Shown: one piece after another, positions 8,707 through 17,802 of the stretch
Layout of the letters: every line of letters starts with the position of its first letter
How positions within the stretch are numbered: the first letter of the stretch is position 1
Assembly (NCBI GenBank): GCA_022683945.1
Contig: JAJHSH010000049.1
Location: 12,681 to 76,680, forward strand
Reading direction: 5' to 3'
DNA: 64,000 nucleotides
From: Candidatus Acetothermia bacterium
GTDB lineage: Bacteria; Bipolaricaulota; Bipolaricaulia; RBG-16-55-9; DRXL01
Position numbers and translations under genes: made by a program
The notes under the pieces: model-generated
Seen by the model: only the letters and a program-made list of their open reading frames with translations
Database searches by the model: none
What the model was told of the DNA's origin: nothing

Positions 8707-10306
8707 AGGGTTGGGGGGCGGCTTATTGTTGGGTTTTGGCGTGGTGGGGCTGGGATTGGGAGCGCTCTATCTGGTGCCCCACTATCTGCAGCCCATCTTC
8801 GCGCCCGTCTATCGCACGGAGCACTTCGAGATCTATTATCACCGAGATTCGCAGATCGCCAAGAGTATTGCCGAGTGGGGGGATCGGCTCGAACAAGAGC
8901 TGGCTCAAGCGCTGATGACGCTGGAGATCAAGTCCGATAGGCTCTCACTGCCCATCGAAGTCTTAGCCGCCGATGATCGTCCGAGACTGGCTCAAGAGAT
9001 TCAACGACGCCGCAACCCCTATCGCGGCGGTCTGCCTAAAGCGTTCTTGGGGATCAGTTCCGACCAAGAGATACGCGCTCCGATGCTGGGGTTTCTCTTG
9101 CGCAAGGTCTGGGGGAGTCCGTCGTATCGGTTCTTGCGCGTCGGCCTGATCGCGGCGCTCACGCAACCGCCGTTGGAGCCTCTGGTCGCAGCACTGCCTG
9201 AGAGATTGAGCTTCACGCTGGAGGAGCTGCTGCGCTGGGAGAGACGCGGAGGCTTTACGGGCTCTAGTCTCATAAACTGGGAGGACGATCTCGTCTTTCC
9301 GTCGGAGCCTTTGGCCCAGGCGCACGCGACGACGCTGGTGCGGGTGCTCTTAGAGCTGGGAGGGCACTCTCGGCTCCGACAGCTCTGGAGACTGAATTCT
9401 TTTGAAGTAGCGATTCGCTCTGTCTACGGACTGACGCGCGAAGAGCTAGAAAGCCATTGGCGGAGGTGGCTGGACGAAGAAGGGCGAGCGACATCTGAGT
9501 ATAATTTTTATCGGGGGAAATATCTGGCGGCTATCGGGAGGCGAGAAGAGGCCGAGCGCCGGCTGGAGAGGGCGCGTGCAGAGGGCGACGAGCGTGCGCG
9601 TGTAGAACTGGAGAGGCTGCGCTGCGAGCTGCCTGCCAGAGAGAAAGAGTCTTGCGCTTGTTCGCGGCTCTGTGGCGCGAGCGAGAATTTCATCATAAAT
9701 TATTCTGAAGATGAAGATTTGGAAGCAGAAGCTCCAAAGGTACTCGTGCAGGCCGAGGCGAGCTTGGCTCACGTCTTAGGGCGTTTGGGCCTAACCCGCG
9801 ATCAACTGCCCTCTTCGTTGGTGATCTTTCTGCACGCTGAAGACGCGTCAAGTTTTTCTCTCACTGACGCTCTGCGTGGCCTCGTGCATCTAGAAGTAAG
9901 AGATCCGATCGGTTATGCGATCGCGCGGGTGGTCGTGCAGCATTGGCAGAAACACCAGACATATTCGGAAGTTTTGCGTCGCGGGCTCGCGTACTATCTG
10001 GATCGCTCTGGACAGAACTATCTGGAAGAGGCTGAGAGATTGTCCATGACTGCAGATTGGGTGCCCTTCGCCTCTCTGGATTTTGAGGCGTATAAATTTG
10101 AGTCGGTCCGCATCGGAGCTGCAGCAATGGTCGGTTATCTCTTGGAGAGCCGAGGGATAGAAAAGCTGCGCGAGCTTTGGATAGAGACGGCGCCCTTGGG
10201 AGGGGATCGCTCTTTGGATGGTGCGCTGCGCGCTGTCTACGGCCTCACGCGCGAGCAGCTCGAACGCGAGCTGATTGCACAATGGACTCGAGACGCAAAA
10301 CCGTGA
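8693..10306 (+). CDS. Hypothetical membrane-anchored protein with an internal tandem duplication. Alternative start at 8660.
   Basis: N-terminal TM helix. The two halves each begin HFEIYY / NFIINY and end VYGLTREELE / VYGLTREQLE. Confidence 0.5.
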   Translation: MLRLKGLGGGLLLGFGVVGLGLGALYLVPHYLQPIFAPVYRTEHFEIYYHRDSQIAKSIAEWGDRLEQELAQALMTLEIKSDRLSLPIEVLAADDRPRLAQEIQRRRNPYRGGLPKAFLGISSDQEIRAPMLGFLLRKVWGSPSYRFLRVGLIAALTQPPLEPLVAALPERLSFTLEELLRWERRGGFTGSSLINWEDDLVFPSEPLAQAHATTLVRVLLELGGHSRLRQLWRLNSFEVAIRSVYGLTREELESHWRRWLDEEGRATSEYNFYRGKYLAAIGRREEAERRLERARAEGDERARVELERLRCELPAREKESCACSRLCGASENFIINYSEDEDLEAEAPKVLVQAEASLAHVLGRLGLTRDQLPSSLVIFLHAEDASSFSLTDALRGLVHLEVRDPIGYAIARVVVQHWQKHQTYSEVLRRGLAYYLDRSGQNYLEEAERLSMTADWVPFASLDFEAYKFESVRIGAAAMVGYLLESRGIEKLRELWIETAPLGGDRSLDGALRAVYGLTREQLERELIAQWTRDAKP

Positions 10307-10331
10307 TAACATAGAGATCCAAGGAGACCAG

Positions 10332-10826
10332 ATGCTAGATCTCAAGAGATTGCGCGCTACCCCCGATCGTCCGCAGAAGATTGACGAATCCTATGAGTCC
10401 GTAACAGAAGCGAGCTTCTCCCTTCAGGGAAAGGTGCGGGTTCAGGGAGAAGCCGTTCATCATCGGCAGAAGATCTCGGTTGGACTTCAGATAGAAGCGA
10501 CGGTCGTTCAAGCGTGTAGTCGTTGTTTGAATTCTGTTCTCTCAGCGCTTCGCTTGGACGAACTCTTAGAATTTCGTCCCGCGAGCGCTGTAGAGGACCC
10601 TCTGACGAGTGAAGTCTATATCTATAATTTAGAAGAAGCGATGCTCGATCTCAAGCCCTATGTGATGGGATTGATCTCTAACAGTTTGACGGTCAAGCCG
10701 CTCTGTCGCCCGGACTGTAAGGGGCTATGTCCTAAGTGTGGACAAGACTTGAATACAAAGTTGTGCGGTTGCGTGCGCGAGTCCCAAGGCGATCCGCGCT
10801 TCAAGGTGCTCGAAAAATTATTATAA
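10332..10826 (+). CDS. yceD: YceD/DUF177 family protein (large-subunit rRNA accumulation protein). Alternative start at 10275.
   Basis: C-terminal CRPDCKGLCPKCGQDLNTKLCGC cysteine cluster typical of DUF177. Confidence 0.7.
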   Translation: MLDLKRLRATPDRPQKIDESYESVTEASFSLQGKVRVQGEAVHHRQKISVGLQIEATVVQACSRCLNSVLSALRLDELLEFRPASAVEDPLTSEVYIYNLEEAMLDLKPYVMGLISNSLTVKPLCRPDCKGLCPKCGQDLNTKLCGCVRESQGDPRFKVLEKLL

Positions 10827-10828
10827 AT

Positions 10829-11332
10829 ATGCGGGTTTTGGGGATAGATCCCGGTCTGGCGACGACGGGGTATGCGGTCTTAGAGTGTGAGAGAGCGCCG
10901 CGCGTCGTAGAAGTGGGGGTGATTCGCACTCCAGCGGATGAGCTGCTTAGTGAACGATTGCACACGCTCTACAGTGACATGCGGCGATTGATCGAAGAGT
11001 ATCGTCCCGATGTGCTGGCGATCGAAGAGCTTTTTTTCAGTCAGAATCGCACAACAGCGATGGTCGTGGCGCAGGCGCGCGGTGTGGTTCTACTCGCGGC
11101 GCACGGGCTGACTGTCACGAGTTACACGCCCTTGCAGGTGAAGCTACGCATTGCGGGCTATGGGCACGCGAAGAAGCCGCAGATGCAAAAGATGATCCAG
11201 CGACTGCTTCACTTAAAAGAACTTCCTAAGCCCGACGACGCTGCCGATGCGCTGGCCGTGGCGCTTTGTTATATGTTAGAGATGCGCTCACCGCTGCGTA
11301 GGGCGCTGAGCAAGCGAGCGTCGAGAGAGTGA
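10829..11332 (+). CDS. ruvC: Crossover junction endodeoxyribonuclease RuvC
   Basis: MRVLGIDPGLATTGYAVLE ... LAIEELFF ... DAADALAVALC, the RuvC catalytic motifs. Confidence 0.9.
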   Translation: MRVLGIDPGLATTGYAVLECERAPRVVEVGVIRTPADELLSERLHTLYSDMRRLIEEYRPDVLAIEELFFSQNRTTAMVVAQARGVVLLAAHGLTVTSYTPLQVKLRIAGYGHAKKPQMQKMIQRLLHLKELPKPDDAADALAVALCYMLEMRSPLRRALSKRASRE

Positions 11333-11338
11333 AATGAA

Positions 11339-12355
11339 TTATACGAACACAACTATCCCTGCGCCTTTCACAATCTCTCCCACGCGATATGCTCGCTGCC
11401 CGCGGCTCTCTAAGAACTTGAGCACCGTCTCAGCTTGCTCTTTGGGCACGAGGACGATAAATCCCAAGCCCATATTGAAGACCTCCCACAGTTCGTCTTC
11501 AGGTACGTCTCCCCAGTCTTGCAACGCTCTGAAGAGCTTGGGGATCGGCCAGAGACCCTTCTGGACGACAGCGTCTACTCTGTCGTTGAGGGCACGCACG
11601 AGATTCCCGGCAATCCCGCCCCCGGTGATGTGCGCCGCGCCCTTCACGGAGAACTTCTCCCAAAGCTTGAGCACGACGTTGGAGTAGATCGGCATCGGGG
11701 CTAATAAGAGTTCTCCCAGCGGGCGCTCCCCGACTTCAGCATAAATCTTTCTCAGATCGAGTTTCTCTCTCTCTCTAATCTTGCGGATGAGCGAGAACCC
11801 GTTACAGTGTGGCCCACTTGAAGCGATCCCCATCAGAACATCCCCCGGCTCGACTCTCTCTGGATCGGGGATCCGGGAGCGCTCGACGATCCCCACGACG
11901 AAGCCCACTAGCTCAAAATCATCAGCGCGCACGAAGAGATCAGGCAGCTGTGCCGTCTCGCCCCCGATGAGCGCACAGCCCGCTTCATCACAGGCTTTCA
12001 CGAGCTCCGTGAAGATGGCCTTGCTCACTTCTAAGTCCAATTGGGCTGTCGCATAGTAGTCTAAAAAGAAGAGGGGCTTCGCTCCTAAGCAGACCAGATC
12101 GTTGACGTTCATGGCGACCAAGTCTTGACCGAGCCCGTCGAGTTTCCCGTATTCTACGGCGATTCTCGTCTTGGTGCCGATGCCGTCGGTCGAGCTGACG
12201 AGCAGCGGCTCTCGATAGTCTTTGAGAATCTTGCTCAAATCATAAAGCGCTGCGAAGGGGCCGATCTGCGCGCCGCCCTTCGGATTGAGCTTCTTAATAA
12301 GCTCGATGAGCTTATCGGCTTGGTCTCTATCTACACCGGCGTCTTGATAACGCAT
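11339..12355 (-). CDS. purM: Phosphoribosylformylglycinamidine cyclo-ligase (AIR synthetase)
   Basis: MRYQDAGVDRDQADKLIELIK... full-length PurM homolog. Confidence 0.9.
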   Translation of the reverse strand: MRYQDAGVDRDQADKLIELIKKLNPKGGAQIGPFAALYDLSKILKDYREPLLVSSTDGIGTKTRIAVEYGKLDGLGQDLVAMNVNDLVCLGAKPLFFLDYYATAQLDLEVSKAIFTELVKACDEAGCALIGGETAQLPDLFVRADDFELVGFVVGIVERSRIPDPERVEPGDVLMGIASSGPHCNGFSLIRKIREREKLDLRKIYAEVGERPLGELLLAPMPIYSNVVLKLWEKFSVKGAAHITGGGIAGNLVRALNDRVDAVVQKGLWPIPKLFRALQDWGDVPEDELWEVFNMGLGFIVLVPKEQAETVLKFLESRGQRAYRVGEIVKGAGIVVFV

Positions 12356-12361
12356 ATGTGC

Positions 12362-13759
12362 TCACTTCGGCAGCAGATATTCTAACGCCGGATGCTCGCT
12401 GGGGAGGCTCTCTTCAGGATAGCGTGCCGTAAAGCACGACGTGCAGAAATTCTCAGAATCTTTCGCGCAGTACTGCAGTTCCTCAACCGTGAGATAGATC
12501 ACCGAATCGGCCCCCATAAAGCGCGTGATCTCCGGGATCGTCCGAGTTGACGCTACTAATTCTTCACGGGTGGGCATATCTATTCCGAAGTAACAGGGCG
12601 CGACAATCGGAGGAGAGGCTATACGCAAATGGACTTCTCTTGCGCCGAACTCTCTCAAGACGTGGACGATCGCTCGTGAAGTCGTCCCCCGCACAATCGA
12701 ATCGTCCACCAAAGCGATGCAACGGTCTTGCAGCACCTCGCGCAAGGGCAAGAGCTTCATCCGAACTTTGTGAACCCGTGAGGCTTGATAAGGCTCGATG
12801 AAGCTGCGCCCGATATAATGGCTGCGAATCAGCCCGAACTCCAAGGGCTTGTTCAGCCTTCGCGAATACCCCAACGCTGCGGGAAGCCCCGAATCGGGCA
12901 CGGGCACGACAATATCTATCTCGTGCGTCTCTTTTTGCGCTAGGAGATCTCCGCAAGCCTTGCGAAACTCATAGACATTGTGTCCGAAGAGGCGGCTGTC
13001 GGGCCGCGCGAAATAGATGAGCTCAAAGACGCAGTGTCGCCGCGGACGCTGTGGTCCAAAGCGTTGCGAGTGCAGGCCCTCGCGGTCTATAATAATCACT
13101 TCGCCGGGCTCGATCTCACGCACGCACTCTGCGCCGACCATATCGAGCGCCGCCGTCTCCGAAGTGACGATCCAGTCTTCGTTGCGGCGTCCCAGTACCA
13201 GCGGACGAAACCCGAAGGGGTCGCGGAAGGCGATCAGACGATCCCCATCTATCAACAAGGCCGAGTACGCGCCCAAGACTTTCGCAGCGAGCGCGTTCAA
13301 CTTCTCTGCGGGGCTCTTTCCGAGCGCACGAGCGTATAGGTGCAGCAAGCTCTCTGTATCCGAAGTGCTGTTAAAATAGACGCCGTCGCTCAGAAGCTCT
13401 TCGCGCAGCTGGGTAGCATTCGAGAGATTGCCGTTATGGGCGAGGGCCAGCCAGCGCCCGGCTCTTCTCAAGATAAAGGGCTGGGCGTTTTCGGGGCGGG
13501 CGCTCTCGCCTTGAGTAGAATAGCGCGTGTGCGCGATCCCGATCTGTCCTTTAAAGAGTCTTACGTTGCCCTTGGCGTAGACGTCTTGGATCAGTCCCAA
13601 GTCTTTATAGCAGCGCAGCTCGCGTCCGTCAGAGAGAGCAAAGCCGGCGGCCTCTTGGCCGCGATGCTGGAGGGCAAAGAGCCCCAAGTGCAAGACTTCA
13701 GCTATCTCTGAAGACCGACTGTAGATCCCAAAGAGGCCGCACTCGTCTTTGAGCTTCAT
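12362..13759 (-). CDS. purF: Amidophosphoribosyltransferase
   Basis: Ntn-hydrolase start MKLKDECGLFGIY, PRTase domain, and C-terminal Cys ligands CTSCF for a 4Fe-4S cluster. Confidence 0.9.
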   Translation of the reverse strand: MKLKDECGLFGIYSRSSEIAEVLHLGLFALQHRGQEAAGFALSDGRELRCYKDLGLIQDVYAKGNVRLFKGQIGIAHTRYSTQGESARPENAQPFILRRAGRWLALAHNGNLSNATQLREELLSDGVYFNSTSDTESLLHLYARALGKSPAEKLNALAAKVLGAYSALLIDGDRLIAFRDPFGFRPLVLGRRNEDWIVTSETAALDMVGAECVREIEPGEVIIIDREGLHSQRFGPQRPRRHCVFELIYFARPDSRLFGHNVYEFRKACGDLLAQKETHEIDIVVPVPDSGLPAALGYSRRLNKPLEFGLIRSHYIGRSFIEPYQASRVHKVRMKLLPLREVLQDRCIALVDDSIVRGTTSRAIVHVLREFGAREVHLRIASPPIVAPCYFGIDMPTREELVASTRTIPEITRFMGADSVIYLTVEELQYCAKDSENFCTSCFTARYPEESLPSEHPALEYLLPK

Positions 13760-16047
13760 AAGTTCAGCGCCGATTCATAAGCATTGCGTAGCTCTTCGAC
13801 GGAGATCTCCTGACCGTTCAGTTCCAGCTGACGCCCGCTCACCGTGCCCAAAAATCTATACGGCACATCCAAGCTATTCAGTATCTCTTGGAAAGCGCTT
13901 TTGTTCTCTGGTGGGATAGTCACAATAAAGCGCGACGGCCACTCTCCAAAGAGACCCTCTTCTTCCGAGAGATCGTCCAGCTCGAGCTTCGCCCCTAGCC
14001 CCCGCGCAAAGCCCTTCTCGGCAAGGGCTACTAAAAGCCCCCCCTCAGAGATGTCATGGGCACTTCTCAATAGGGGAGAACGGCCGTTCGCTCCTCCCAG
14101 CAGAAGCATCACGCGCAGAAGCCGGCGCTCTAGCTCTAAATCTGTGGGCTCCAGCTCGCCGCCGATCACGTTATAGAAGACTTTCAGATATTCACTGCCC
14201 CCACTCTTGCCCGACAGCTTCCCGATCAGATAGAGCAAATCCCCCTCGCGTTGGAACCCCATCGGCACTCTGTGGACGATATCTGTGAGCAGCCCTATCA
14301 TCCCCACTATAGGAGTCGGGTAGATCTTTCTCCTCTCGGACTGATTATAGAGACTGACGTTCCCCGACACAAACGGCAGCTCAAAAGCTTGCGCCGCTTG
14401 GGCCATCCCCCGAACTGTCTGATCGAGCGACCATAAGACTTCGGGATCGGTGGGGTTGGCGAAGTTCAGACAGTCCGTGATCCCGATGGGCTCCGCGCCG
14501 ACGCTTAAAAGATTATGGACGGCTTCACAGACGGCACGTATCCCGCCTTCATAGGGATCTAGAAAACAGTAGCGTCCGTTGCCGCCCATCGTCACTGCTA
14601 ATGCGAAGCGTTCGCCCTTGACGCGCAAGAGCGCGGCGTCGTGCGCTCCGGGGCCGATCACGGTATTCGTCTGCACGGTGTGATCGTACTGTTCGTAGAC
14701 CCAGCGCTTGGAACCGATTGTTGGAGAGTGCAAGAGCTTTTTCAGCGCTTCGCGCCAGCCGGTGACTGAAGTCACCGGCTGAGCAGGTAGAAGCGTGCTC
14801 AAGCACGCTCCTTCAGCCCCCTTGAGTGGGCTTAAATCTTCTGAGCCGGGCGCTTCAGCGCGCGGCTCCGGGACCCCCTCCACCAACGCACGGACCGGCA
14901 CTTCGGCGATCGTCCGGCCTTCGTGTCGAATTCTATAGACTCTCTCACGGATCACTTCCCCAATCACGTCGGCTTCTAGACCCCACTTGCGATAGATCTT
15001 CAGAAATTTCTGCTCGGAGCCGTCTTTTACGCAGAGCACCATGCGTTCTTGTGATTCTGATAAGAGAATCTCATAGGGGGTCATCTTCTCGGCGCGTAAC
15101 GGTATCTCTTCTATATCTATGGCCATTCCCACTTCGCCGCGGGCAGCCATCTCCGGCGGCGCCGTCGAGAGCCCGCCCGCGCCCAGATCTTGCAGCCCGA
15201 TCAATTCTGAGAGTTGACAGGCTTCGAGCGTCGCTTCTATTAATAATTTGCCCGTGAAGGGATCGCCGACTTGGACGTTGGGGCGCTTCTCTTCGGTTTC
15301 GCCCAAGAGATCTTCCGAAGCAAACGTCGCTCCGTGAATGCCGTCGCGCCCGGTGCGCGCGCCGACTAAGAGAATTCTGTTCCCCACGCCCTGCGCGACC
15401 GCGCGCTTTAACTCAGATTTTTTGAGCAGACCCACGCACATCGTGTTCACCAGACAGTTGTCGGTATAGGCCTCTTCGAAACAAATATCTCCGCCGACGG
15501 TGGGAATCCCGATGCAGTTCCCATAATGGGCGATCCCCGCGACGACGCCCTCTAAGAGACGCTGCGACCTCTCCCCTAACCCCTCCCCTAAAGAGGGAGG
15601 GGAACTCCCCTTCCCTTTAGGGAAGGGGAAGGGGGATAGGTCCCCAAATCTCAGCGAATCTAAAAGCGCGATGGGCCGCGCGCCCATACTGAGAATATCT
15701 CGGATAATCCCGCCCACGCCCGTCGCCGCGCCGTTGAAGGGCTCTACTGCCGAAGGGTGATTATGGCTCTCGACTTTGAAGACGACGCACCAGTTATTTT
15801 CCAGCTCCAAAACCCCGGCGTTCTCCCCCGGCCCTTGCAAGACTCTCTTGCCCGTCGTCGGCAGCAGTTTTAAGAATCTCTTAGAGCTTTTGTAGCTACA
15901 GTGCTCGGACCAGTTGAGCGAAAAAAGCCCCAGTTCTAACTCGTTTGGCTCGCGACCTAAGAGCTCGCAGATCGTTTGGAATTCGCGGGCGGAGAGCCCG
16001 TGCCGCTGCGCCAGAGCGAGCTTGGTCATAGTTTTGGAGGCCCTCAC
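13756..16047 (-). CDS. purL: Phosphoribosylformylglycinamidine synthase subunit PurL (FGAM synthase II). GTG start overlaps the purQ stop; alternative ATG start at 16029.
   Basis: WSEHCSYKSSKRFL ... NHPSAVEPFNGAATGVGG. Carries an in-frame 22-aa insert SPFPFPKGKGSSPPSLGEGLGE from a palindromic element. Confidence 0.9.
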   Translation of the reverse strand: MRASKTMTKLALAQRHGLSAREFQTICELLGREPNELELGLFSLNWSEHCSYKSSKRFLKLLPTTGKRVLQGPGENAGVLELENNWCVVFKVESHNHPSAVEPFNGAATGVGGIIRDILSMGARPIALLDSLRFGDLSPFPFPKGKGSSPPSLGEGLGERSQRLLEGVVAGIAHYGNCIGIPTVGGDICFEEAYTDNCLVNTMCVGLLKKSELKRAVAQGVGNRILLVGARTGRDGIHGATFASEDLLGETEEKRPNVQVGDPFTGKLLIEATLEACQLSELIGLQDLGAGGLSTAPPEMAARGEVGMAIDIEEIPLRAEKMTPYEILLSESQERMVLCVKDGSEQKFLKIYRKWGLEADVIGEVIRERVYRIRHEGRTIAEVPVRALVEGVPEPRAEAPGSEDLSPLKGAEGACLSTLLPAQPVTSVTGWREALKKLLHSPTIGSKRWVYEQYDHTVQTNTVIGPGAHDAALLRVKGERFALAVTMGGNGRYCFLDPYEGGIRAVCEAVHNLLSVGAEPIGITDCLNFANPTDPEVLWSLDQTVRGMAQAAQAFELPFVSGNVSLYNQSERRKIYPTPIVGMIGLLTDIVHRVPMGFQREGDLLYLIGKLSGKSGGSEYLKVFYNVIGGELEPTDLELERRLLRVMLLLGGANGRSPLLRSAHDISEGGLLVALAEKGFARGLGAKLELDDLSEEEGLFGEWPSRFIVTIPPENKSAFQEILNSLDVPYRFLGTVSGRQLELNGQEISVEELRNAYESALNL
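15568..15640. repeat. Divergent double-hairpin variant of the GC-rich palindromic element, copy c, in-frame inside purL
   Basis: cccctcccc-taaaga-ggggagggg and ccccttccc-ttta-gggaagggg tandem hairpins. Confidence 0.7.
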
Positions 16048-16108
16048 CCCGCCTGCGCCACCCCTCTCCCGTGAGTTATCACGGGAGAGGGGCCGGGGGT
16101 GAGGGCCT
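16041..16108. repeat. Full-length GC-rich compound palindromic element, copy d, overlapping the purQ 3' end and the purL start
   Basis: ccctcacccc ... cccctctccc-gtgagttatcac-gggagagggg-ccg-ggggtgaggg. Encodes the PurQ tail PGPSPVITHGRGVAQAG. Confidence 0.8.
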
Positions 16109-16763
16109 GTGCCAACGCTTGAAAGATCTTCAGCCCCTCCCCCAATCCCAATAGTCTCTCGCAGTTGCGCTCCGGGTGGGGCATCATCCCGAAGACCGTC
16201 CCCGTCTCGTCCATGATCCCCGCTATGCTTTCGAGAGAGCCGTTGGGGTTCTCTTCATAATATCTGAAGAGTATCTGACGGTTTCTCTTCAGTCTCTCTA
16301 TAGTCTCTTCAGAAGCGATATAGCGCCCCTCGCCGTGGGCGATGGGCAGCTCTAAGAGCTCGCCCTCGCGACAGAGCTGCGTGAACGGAGTGTAGGCGTT
16401 CTCGACACGCAGTTTGACCGACTTGCAGATAAATCTACGATTTATATTAGGCGCGAGCGCGCCGGGCAGAAGCCCCGCCTCGGTGAGAACCTGAAAGCCG
16501 TTGCAGATGCCCAGCACCAGTCCGCGTTGCTTCTCGATATACTCGGGAAGGGCCTGCACCACTGGGGCAAAGCGCGCGATCGCGCCTGCCCGAAGATAGT
16601 CCCCATAGGCGAAGCCTCCGGGCAAGAGAATCAGATCGTATTCGCTCAGATCTCTCTCGCGGTACCACAGCAGCGTCGTCTCGATCCCTAAGAGATCTTT
16701 GAGGACATAGTACGCATCGAGATCGCAGTTCGATCCGGGGAAGACGACGACAGCAGCGTGCAT
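16044..16763 (-). CDS. purQ: Phosphoribosylformylglycinamidine synthase glutaminase subunit PurQ
   Basis: MHAAVVVFPGSNCD ... GICNGFQ ... HPER, a class I glutamine amidotransferase triad. The C-terminus is about 10 aa longer than in orthologs. Confidence 0.9.
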   Translation of the reverse strand: MHAAVVVFPGSNCDLDAYYVLKDLLGIETTLLWYRERDLSEYDLILLPGGFAYGDYLRAGAIARFAPVVQALPEYIEKQRGLVLGICNGFQVLTEAGLLPGALAPNINRRFICKSVKLRVENAYTPFTQLCREGELLELPIAHGEGRYIASEETIERLKRNRQILFRYYEENPNGSLESIAGIMDETGTVFGMMPHPERNCERLLGLGEGLKIFQALAQALTPGPSPVITHGRGVAQAG

Positions 16764-17017
16764 TATAATTCCTCCACCTCCACAGAATATCGTTCGATGA
16801 CGGGGTTAGCTAAGAGCTTATGGGCGATCTCGGAGACCCGCTCGCGGGCCTGTGGGAGCGAGACGGCTTTGAGCTTGAATTTCACTAATTTCCCCACGCG
16901 CGTCTGCGAGATATGAGCGAGTCCCAGATCTTTGATGGCCCGTTCGACGGCTTGGCCTTGGGGATCGAGCAATTCCGGCTTGGGTTCGATCAGCACGCGC
17001 ACGGTGAATTCTTTCAT
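16763..17017 (-). CDS. purS: PurS subunit of FGAM synthase
   Basis: 84 aa, MKEFTVRVLIEPKPELLDPQG, PurS fold signature. Confidence 0.9.
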   Translation of the reverse strand: MKEFTVRVLIEPKPELLDPQGQAVERAIKDLGLAHISQTRVGKLVKFKLKAVSLPQARERVSEIAHKLLANPVIERYSVEVEEL

Positions 17018-17748
17018 AAGACCCCCATCCGTCGGGCGACTTCTCTATAAGCGCTGATGAGATCGCCCTTATCTTCGCGAAAGACGTCTTTGTCCAGACT
17101 CTCGTTCGTCTGGGCGTCCCAGAGCCTCATCGTATCGGGGCTGATCTCGTCGGCGAGCAGAATCCCCTCTCCCTTGAAGGGAGAGGGCGCGGGGTGAGGG
17201 TGAGGGTACGGGCGCCCGAACTCGAACTTCATATCTATCAATTGGAGGTCCAACTCTGCGAAATATATCTTGAGGATCTCGTTGGCTCTGAGGGCTTGCT
17301 CTTTGATCTGTGTGAGTTCTCTCTCGGTAGCGAGTCCCATCACTTGGGCGTGGGACTCGCAGAGGAGGGGGTCGCCGAGGGCATCGGACTTATAGAAGAG
17401 TTCTAAGAGTGGGGGCTGGAAGGGCCGACCGCGGACGATTCCTAGTCGTTTGGTGATACTGCCGGTGGCGCGGTTGCGCACGACGACTTCGAGGGGAAGA
17501 ATATGCACGTTGTGGGCTAAGAAGCTCTCTTCGTTGAGTTTTCTGATATAGTGCGAGTCTAAGTTATGAGCGGCGAGCAGCTCGAAGAGTTTGCTGGAGA
17601 TGGTATTGCAGAGCGCGCCTTTTTGGGGGAAGAGGGCGCGTTTGGCGGCGTTTCCGGCGGTAGCGGAGTCTTTGAAAGAGACGATGACGGTATGGGGTTG
17701 TGGGCCGGAGAAGAGCTGTTTGGCTTTGCCGTCGTAGAGTAGTGTCAT
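17014..17748 (-). CDS. purC: Phosphoribosylaminoimidazole-succinocarboxamide synthase (SAICAR synthetase). The ORF extends to 17787; the likely start is MTLLYDGKAK.
   Basis: LYDGKAKQLF ... ADEISPDTMRLWD. Carries an in-frame insert PYPHPHPAPSPFKGEG from a palindromic element. Confidence 0.9.
   Translation of the reverse strand: MTLLYDGKAKQLFSGPQPHTVIVSFKDSATAGNAAKRALFPQKGALCNTISSKLFELLAAHNLDSHYIRKLNEESFLAHNVHILPLEVVVRNRATGSITKRLGIVRGRPFQPPLLELFYKSDALGDPLLCESHAQVMGLATERELTQIKEQALRANEILKIYFAELDLQLIDMKFEFGRPYPHPHPAPSPFKGEGILLADEISPDTMRLWDAQTNESLDKDVFREDKGDLISAYREVARRMGVL
17164..17208. repeat. GC-rich compound palindromic element, copy e, in-frame within purC
   Basis: cccctctccc-ttgaa-gggagaggg-cgc-ggggtgagggtgagggt. 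Confidence 0.8.
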
Positions 17749-17802
17749 AGTTCGAGTAGAGTGACGCTTGTATCGTAATCGTAGCAAGTGGCGGGCGGGC
17801 TG

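Noticed and set aside
6699-17208. CRISPR array interpretation of the recurring GC-rich repeats
   Set aside because: The copies are dispersed over 10 kb, are palindromic, vary in spacer context and lie inside genes. There are no regularly spaced direct repeats and no cas genes.
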